64,000 bases of DNA from a virus, in IMG/VR virus record IMGVR_UViG_3300042387_000725, positions 1 to 64,000 of that record; one strand, given 5' to 3'. Positions 58,693 through 64,000 of the stretch are shown in pieces; the first letter of the stretch is position 1, and every line of letters begins with the position of its first letter. The position numbers and the translations under genes were made by a program. Below the pieces are notes generated by a model, which was not told the origin of the DNA, did no database searches, and worked only from the letters and a program-made list of their open reading frames with translations.

Positions 58693-59145
58693 TTAGTTAA
58701 AATTATCTATTGCTTCTCCACCAACCCATGTGGCTTCCCATGAATTAGTATTGTATTGTCCAGCACTTACCAAATACCCTGGCTCATCATATGAACCACC
58801 ACTGACGAAAACACTTGCAATTAAACCATTTCCATCAATAGATGTATCGTGAATGTGGTCTTGCAAAACTTCTGAATCCTCAAGAGTTGCAATAGCAATC
58901 CACTGAGAACTATAGTAAACATGAACTCTTTCGGTTATGGTGTCAAACCATAAATCTCCATTTTCTGGAGATACTGGAGGGGTATCAGAAACATCAATTC
59001 CTCCAGCTACACTATCTACATAGTCTTTAGTTGCTGCGTGTGTACCTAATGTAGGATTTGATACTGTTACTGTACCGCCAAAAGATCCACCAAGGGCAAC
59101 GCTTAACCCATTTTTAACTTTAAAGTCTTTGTTTACCGTTGCCAC
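58693..59145 (-). CDS. Small fibre/appendage protein
   Basis: MATVNKDFKVKNGL N-terminus, HAATK.YVD and P..GDLWFD fibre motifs. Confidence 0.7.
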   Translation of the reverse strand: MATVNKDFKVKNGLSVALGGSFGGTVTVSNPTLGTHAATKDYVDSVAGGIDVSDTPPVSPENGDLWFDTITERVHVYYSSQWIAIATLEDSEVLQDHIHDTSIDGNGLIASVFVSGGSYDEPGYLVSAGQYNTNSWEATWVGGEAIDNFN

Positions 59146-59165
59146 TTAGTGTCTCCTTTAGTTAA

Positions 59166-61013
59166 TTATGCTAGTAGTGTTCCGAAAACAGTAACTGTTG
59201 AATTGTTTTCAGTAGTTGTTACATCAATATTTACGTAAGTCATTCCAGAAGGAGTACTTATTCTTGGCGCAATGGACATAAGCGGACCATTGGTTGAGAT
59301 ATTTGCATATTCTGTAATTGCTACGTTATTTGATGAATCTAATGTTAGTAATACTTCTGAAACTTCTGAATGAGAAGCAGTTGAGGTTTTTACTAACAGT
59401 TTAGCACTTCTGCCTTGCGATACATTCCATGAAAGTGGTGTTACAGTTTGCGGTACAGAAATTTCTGTTCGCTGACCTGCAACCTGCTTAGTAACTCCAT
59501 CAATAGTAACAGAAGCTGGAGTAATTGGAGATCCATTTATTGCATCTAGTGCTCTCTGGGTTGTAAAGTAGAGGTTTGAAGTACCTTCTGTTAGATCATC
59601 AGTATCAGAATCTGCTACACCGTTTTCTGCGGTGATTACAAGAGTTCCAGCATTATCAGTAATTGTGATATTTGTCTTATCTGCATTAACCAATACATCT
59701 CTTACTCTTTGTGATGTGAAGTACTGGTTTGTTGAACCTTCTTCAATATCGTCTGAGTCAAGTTGTGATGCATCTACTGCAATTTCGCCTGTTCCGTTAT
59801 TGTAACTAATTGCATTTCCTGCAGATAGTGATTGACGAGCACGAGCCTGTGTGAAGTACTCGTTTGTACCTTCAGCAATATCTGAAGTTGTAAGTGCATC
59901 TGCGTATGCCTCTGCATCTTCAAGAGCCTGTGCTGCTGCACCTGCTACATCGTATGCTGCTGATGTTGCGTCAAGTGCTCTTTGGTTTGTGAAGTATAGT
60001 CGTGAAGCATCTTCTGCAACATCTGCTGTGTCAAGACCAGTTACAGAAATTGTTACTCCAGTAATGTCAATGTTGTCGCCTGCAGTTAATGTATCTTGCT
60101 TGCCTGCTGCAATGTCTTGAAGATCACCAATAACATCTGGATTATCATCAAGTGCTGCTGCCAACTCATTAAGAGTATTGAGAAGATCAGGTGCTCCATC
60201 TACAAGTGCTGCTACTGCTGCGTCTGCATATGCAGTTGTTGCAACCTGTGTAGAGTTAGTTCCTGGTGCTGCTGTTGGGGCAGTAGGTGTACCAGTTAGT
60301 GCTGGTGAAGCCAGTGGCGCCTTATCATCAAGTTGATTTTGAATGTTAGATGTTACACCATCAAGGTATGCAATTTCAGTGGTATCAATAGTAATACCTC
60401 CTGCTCCACCACCAATTAGAAATGTTGGGTCCTGAATAGTCTTATTAGAAAGTGTCTGTTGGGCGCTTGTACCTACAACATTTCCATCTCCTACCACAAG
60501 TCCATGAACACCTGAAGAAGCGTTTGTGTGGCTATCAAGGTTGTCTTGAACATCTTCTGCTGCGCCGTTTGCATCGTACCAATCATCTACTATTGGACGA
60601 TCTACAACAATTTGACCACTTACAATTTCAAGACCTACTCCAAGGTCTGCAGAAATTGTTCCCTGTGAGTATGTGATTCCATCTCCACCTGAAAGGTGTG
60701 AATCAACTCTTGCTGTTGTAAAGTACTGGTTTGTTACACCTTCTTCAATGTCTGCTGTTGTAAGTGCATCAATTGCTGAAGTAATATCACCATCTCTTGC
60801 AATATCTGAACCTGCTGCAATTGTAAGTTCTCCAGCAGTTACTGTAAAGTCATCGCTATCAACAGATGTGATAAGTGTTTCTCCGCCAATGAGGTCAAGA
60901 ATGTATTCGTCTCCAGCGCCTTCTGTAAGAATGTTTTCGCCGTTGATTGTACCTGTTTGACCTTCAACTACCAGGCCATTTTTAATTTTAAAATCTTTAT
61001 TTACTGTTGCCAT
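59166..61013 (-). CDS. Repeat-containing fibre protein (615 aa)
   Basis: MATVNKDFKIKNGL; five D[IVL].E....YFT..R repeats; KAPLASP.LTGTPTAPT and AP..LNTL.ELA motifs. Confidence 0.8.
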   Translation of the reverse strand: MATVNKDFKIKNGLVVEGQTGTINGENILTEGAGDEYILDLIGGETLITSVDSDDFTVTAGELTIAAGSDIARDGDITSAIDALTTADIEEGVTNQYFTTARVDSHLSGGDGITYSQGTISADLGVGLEIVSGQIVVDRPIVDDWYDANGAAEDVQDNLDSHTNASSGVHGLVVGDGNVVGTSAQQTLSNKTIQDPTFLIGGGAGGITIDTTEIAYLDGVTSNIQNQLDDKAPLASPALTGTPTAPTAAPGTNSTQVATTAYADAAVAALVDGAPDLLNTLNELAAALDDNPDVIGDLQDIAAGKQDTLTAGDNIDITGVTISVTGLDTADVAEDASRLYFTNQRALDATSAAYDVAGAAAQALEDAEAYADALTTSDIAEGTNEYFTQARARQSLSAGNAISYNNGTGEIAVDASQLDSDDIEEGSTNQYFTSQRVRDVLVNADKTNITITDNAGTLVITAENGVADSDTDDLTEGTSNLYFTTQRALDAINGSPITPASVTIDGVTKQVAGQRTEISVPQTVTPLSWNVSQGRSAKLLVKTSTASHSEVSEVLLTLDSSNNVAITEYANISTNGPLMSIAPRISTPSGMTYVNIDVTTTENNSTVTVFGTLLA

Positions 61014-61029
61014 TTTTTATCTCCTTTGT

Positions 61030-61476
61030 CTATGCCTTCAAGCCCATACGTGCATAACGTACGGTTATAGGGGTTTGTCCAGCTACTGGTGTCACAGTGA
61101 GGGCAACTGTGTCGCTGACCCTGGAGACGCTAATGGTGCCAATATTCCCATCGTTGTCAATTGTTCCATATTCGCTAACCGATACATTTGTACCGTCAAC
61201 GAGGATTGTCATTTCTGTGGCATAAAACTTATTTGCGCCAGCAGAAGTCTTTTTAATGGAGATGATATATTTAACCATTCTCCATACTGTTGCATCAAAA
61301 TTATCAATGACTGTTGCATTCTCAATTCCAGTGATTGTATTTTCGTTATTACCAGCAGAACCTAAATCTGTTGACTGCGCTGCTGTTGTGTCAATAAGGT
61401 TTTCGTAGTCAGTTTGACTTGGACGATCACCAGTTTGGAAGTAAGTCTTCAAACTTGATAATGATAATTTTGCCAT
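61030..61476 (-). CDS. Small virion protein sharing a C-terminal domain with the 615-aa fibre
   Basis: LK.YFQTGDRP...Y..LID N-terminus; R..KY...E......V..SEYG.I aligns with RSAKL...SE.....VAITEYA.I of 59166-61013. Confidence 0.65.
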   Translation of the reverse strand: MAKLSLSSLKTYFQTGDRPSQTDYENLIDTTAAQSTDLGSAGNNENTITGIENATVIDNFDATVWRMVKYIISIKKTSAGANKFYATEMTILVDGTNVSVSEYGTIDNDGNIGTISVSRVSDTVALTVTPVAGQTPITVRYARMGLKA

Positions 61477-61506
61477 GTCTGTATTATAACATAATTATTT
61501 ATACAA

Positions 61507-61731
61507 TTAAATGATGTAGTTTGAGAACCCAATTATTTGGATTCCAATTCCTGGAGGGTTTGAAGAAGAAAACCCTTCAATCATTACAGTACTGATTTTA
61601 ACCCTAAATGGAAGTATAGACTCAACCCTAGTAAGTGGTGCAGAATATTCTATTTGTGTTATTGGATAATTAACGGCATTAGGAATTGCTACCCTCTTAC
61701 TGTAATCGTCAATAATTACAGCAGTTGCCAT
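61507..61731 (-). CDS. Small hypothetical protein
   Basis: Coupled ORF; PPGIGIQIIG ending. Confidence 0.55.
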   Translation of the reverse strand: MATAVIIDDYSKRVAIPNAVNYPITQIEYSAPLTRVESILPFRVKISTVMIEGFSSSNPPGIGIQIIGFSNYII

Positions 61732-62135
61732 TAGTCAGTTACATCCTCAATAACTATCATTCTACCCTGACAAACTGTCCAGACTCTATCAGCATCACTT
61801 AGCTCAACATCAAATACGTCACCAGTACGAAGTTGAATTGTCTGAGCAGATGTTAGAGAAACAGTAAATTCACCAATTTCATCATTTGGAGTTGGACCTG
61901 GAACAACAGTAAAAATAGTTCCAGCAGAGTCTTGATCTATGTTATTTTGAATATCTGGACGACGGAACTCACAGCGAATATCCCAGTCCTCAATAATCAG
62001 TGGATCTTTATTATCGTCCGTTGTATAAACTCTAAATGCTGCTGTGTCGCCTTTAACTACCGTCCAACTTACCATTGGTGGTCGTAATCCAACATCGTAA
62101 GAACTCTTTGATTCTTGTCCTCTATAAGTAGCCAT
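61731..62135 (-). CDS. Ig-like / BppU-N-like structural protein
   Basis: VVKGDT...L....T..L.....FDVE.......G pattern; start moved to MATYR downstream of TGGTATAAT (62145-62153). Confidence 0.55.
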   Translation of the reverse strand: MATYRGQESKSSYDVGLRPPMVSWTVVKGDTAAFRVYTTDDNKDPLIIEDWDIRCEFRRPDIQNNIDQDSAGTIFTVVPGPTPNDEIGEFTVSLTSAQTIQLRTGDVFDVELSDADRVWTVCQGRMIVIEDVTD

Positions 62136-62196
62136 AGTATTTCTATTATACCACCTTGAATTATAACAAAATGATAACAATATAAAAAAATGTCAA

Positions 62197-62256
62197 GAAT
62201 TTGCTTTTGAAGGCAAATTCGTGTTATACTTAGATTATGCTACCAACAGGTAGCAT
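62197..62256 (+). promoter_or_regulatory. Promoter of the lytic transglycosylase, with a palindrome over -35 and a 5' hairpin
   Basis: TTGCTT (62201) - 18 nt - TATACT with extended TG; GAATTTGC-N8-GCAAATTC; ATGCTACC-AACA-GGTAGCAT; AGGAGG RBS. Confidence 0.65.
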
Positions 62257-62280
62257 TTGTTCTCTAGGAGGTATTTTACA

Positions 62281-62829
62281 ATGAGAGAAGCAAATGTTTG
62301 GTTAGGGGTTTTATTGTTGGTCATTAGTAGTGCCATTTTTTCTGGTAATGCTAGTGCAACTAATGAAAACAACCTTTTGACTAAGAAATCTATGGAAACC
62401 TCTGCCACCCAAAAGGTGGCTTTTTTGGTTTCTAAAGAGCAAAAACTTGAAAAGTACGAAAATGCTCACGCTTTGACTGATGAGCAACTAGTTGAAATGT
62501 TATCGGCTGTAGGCTTTACTGGAAAATCTTTAAGGACTGCTTGTGCAATTGCTAAAGCAGAATCTAATGGTCGTCCACTAGCCTTCAATGGTAATACTAA
62601 AACTGGCGATAGCTCCTATGGCGTATTTCAAATAAATATGCTTGGGAAACTTGGATCAGATCGTAGGGAGAAATTTGAGCTAGATGCAAATGCTGATTTA
62701 CTAAATCCAGTAACTAATGCACAGATTGCCCTACATATGACTAAGGGTGGAGAAGACTGGTCATCATGGAGTTCCTTAAATGGAAAGCGGTACCTAGAGT
62801 GGTACAACAAATATCCATGTAAAAAATAA
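62281..62829 (+). CDS. Secreted lytic transglycosylase (lysozyme-like)
   Basis: Signal peptide (ASA site); AIAKAES catalytic Glu, SYGVFQIN, L.NP..N, W..W; AGGAGG before the ATG at 62281. Confidence 0.85.
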   Translation: MREANVWLGVLLLVISSAIFSGNASATNENNLLTKKSMETSATQKVAFLVSKEQKLEKYENAHALTDEQLVEMLSAVGFTGKSLRTACAIAKAESNGRPLAFNGNTKTGDSSYGVFQINMLGKLGSDRREKFELDANADLLNPVTNAQIALHMTKGGEDWSSWSSLNGKRYLEWYNKYPCKK

Positions 62830-62843
62830 AGTTAAATAAAAAT

Positions 62844-62877
62844 ACCCCCCTTGGATATTTTCCTTGGGGGGTTTTTT
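62844..62877. terminator. Probable bidirectional terminator between convergent genes
   Basis: CCCCCC-TT-GGA...TCC-TT-GGGGGG flanked by a T-run on the plus strand and an A-rich run upstream. Confidence 0.7.
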
Positions 62878-62900
62878 ATGCTGCTTTTAAAATTTGTAGA

Positions 62901-63959
62901 TTAGTATCCTCCATATGAGAATCTTGGGAAGAATGGGAAGAACGGCGGAAAGAATGGAGGGAAGAATGGAGGGAAGAACGGCGGAAAGAATGGAGGGAAG
63001 AACGGTGGGAAAAATGGTGGGAAGAATGGAAAGAACGGAAAGAATGGTGGGAAAAATGGTGAGGTAACCACGAGATTAGATGGATCTGAAGTTGGAGAAT
63101 TTCCAATTGCATTTGTAGCATAAACGGTATATGTTTGTGAAGTATTAACTTCTTGATCAACTTCAACTGATAGCGTTGTTCCAGAAACTGTACCAGTCTT
63201 ACCGTCAGAAGATGCCCAGGTGTAACCAGTAATTGTAGATCCACCGTTTGCTGGAGCAATCCAAGAAACGATATCTTTAGATGATCCTGTTGTTACTGTT
63301 GGTGCTGCTGGTTTAGCTGGAACGGATGTGTCTGTAACATAAGGTTCGCTTGCAGAACTAAACAATCCAGATCCATTGGCATTATTTGCACAAATAGTAA
63401 AAGTATAAGATGTTCCTCCATTAAATGCACCAGTGGCAGTTAATGGACTATTTATTCCTGCCTGAGTTGTTATTGATACAGAAGGAGATGAAGCAATGGT
63501 ATAACCTGTTATTTCGCTTCCTCCAGATTCTGGGGGAGTAAATGTTAAGCTTACTACTGTATTGCTAACTTTAGTTGGTACACCAATGGTTGGAGTTCCT
63601 GGAACAGTAGTTGCTAGAATTGAATTAGAACTTATACTTGGTAGATAAGAACTTCCAAGTGAGCTATTTCCTTTTGATGTAAAAGTATATGAAGTATTAG
63701 ACTGTAATCCTGTAATTGTTAATGGTGAAGAACCTGTTGCTGTAAATGATCCTGGATCTGATGTTACCGTATAGCTTGTAGCTGGACCACCTGTTCCTGG
63801 AGCAGCTAAAGAAATAGTAGCAGATCCATCATTAAATGGACGATTTGTACCAACATTTGTTGCAGTTGGAACTGCTCCGTCTGGAAGATCATTTATTGGG
63901 GTAGTGTACTGTATCTTTCTTAATAATAAGCTTAGTAAAGATACTTTTGAAATTGTCAT
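62901..63959 (-). CDS. FN3-domain protein with a 45-aa (P)PFF tract
   Basis: Three FN3 domains, the first and last clearly paralogous to those of 56402-57250; ends PFFPRFSYGGY. Confidence 0.85.
   Translation of the reverse strand: MTISKVSLLSLLLRKIQYTTPINDLPDGAVPTATNVGTNRPFNDGSATISLAAPGTGGPATSYTVTSDPGSFTATGSSPLTITGLQSNTSYTFTSKGNSSLGSSYLPSISSNSILATTVPGTPTIGVPTKVSNTVVSLTFTPPESGGSEITGYTIASSPSVSITTQAGINSPLTATGAFNGGTSYTFTICANNANGSGLFSSASEPYVTDTSVPAKPAAPTVTTGSSKDIVSWIAPANGGSTITGYTWASSDGKTGTVSGTTLSVEVDQEVNTSQTYTVYATNAIGNSPTSDPSNLVVTSPFFPPFFPFFPFFPPFFPPFFPPFFPPFFPPFFPPFFPPFFPFFPRFSYGGY
62925..63059 (-). repeat. Coding PPFF/PFF tandem repeat (8 PPFF + 4 PFF)
   Basis: 12- and 9-nt units with synonymous variation. 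Confidence 0.95.
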
Positions 63960-63962
63960 TGT

Positions 63963-64000
63963 TTAAGAAAGTTCTGATCCATATGCTGCAAAAGATATAT
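63963..64000 (-). CDS. 3' end of an upstream gene (partial)
   Basis: Reads ...ISFAAYGSELS* and stops 3 nt before the next ATG. Confidence 0.5.
   Translation of the reverse strand, partial: ISFAAYGSELS

Noticed and set aside
140-61365. Numerous short plus-strand and nested ORFs in the supplied track
   Set aside because: They overlap well-supported minus-strand genes and lack RBS or motifs.
1-64000. tRNA/rRNA genes, integrase, transposase, alternative genetic code
   Set aside because: Intergenic gaps are short with no cloverleaf seen, no such motifs were found, and genes are intact in the standard code with TAA, TAG and TGA all used as stops.

Overview
The window is a 64-kb segment of a large, AT-rich, tailed dsDNA phage with a siphovirus-type morphogenesis module. 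Gene content and order resemble the large actinobacteriophages (Streptomyces BE/BK-like) and their uncultured freshwater relatives, and a freshwater actinobacterial (acI-like) host is inferred, not shown. Nearly all genes lie on the minus strand. In transcription order (right to left): fibre/appendage genes, including two FN3 proteins ending in pure (P)PFF repeats; a ~9.4-kb modification cluster (split S74 chaperone, GT32 glycosyltransferase, seven 2OG-Fe(II) prolyl-hydroxylase-like enzymes, two DUF6065-like proteins, radical SAM/SPASM, SDR); class II RNR; portal, protease/scaffold, capsid, neck, tail tube, chaperones, tape measure and tail tip; replication/recombination genes (DnaB, primase, SSB, DnaE, MazG, RecA, Cas4-like, RuvC-like); terminase; and two secreted surface-type proteins. 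The only credible plus-strand gene is a secreted lytic transglycosylase. The best candidate for an undescribed system is a phage pathway that hydroxylates and glycosylates PPFF-repeat virion proteins. Other notable items: a naturally split S74 autoprotease, G/GT tail chaperones made by gene duplication instead of frameshifting, an SQFGS[ND]TPWA peptide shared by two tail genes, and a window-wide extended -10 promoter set with leaderless mRNAs. All family assignments come from motif recognition by eye; no database searches were run.
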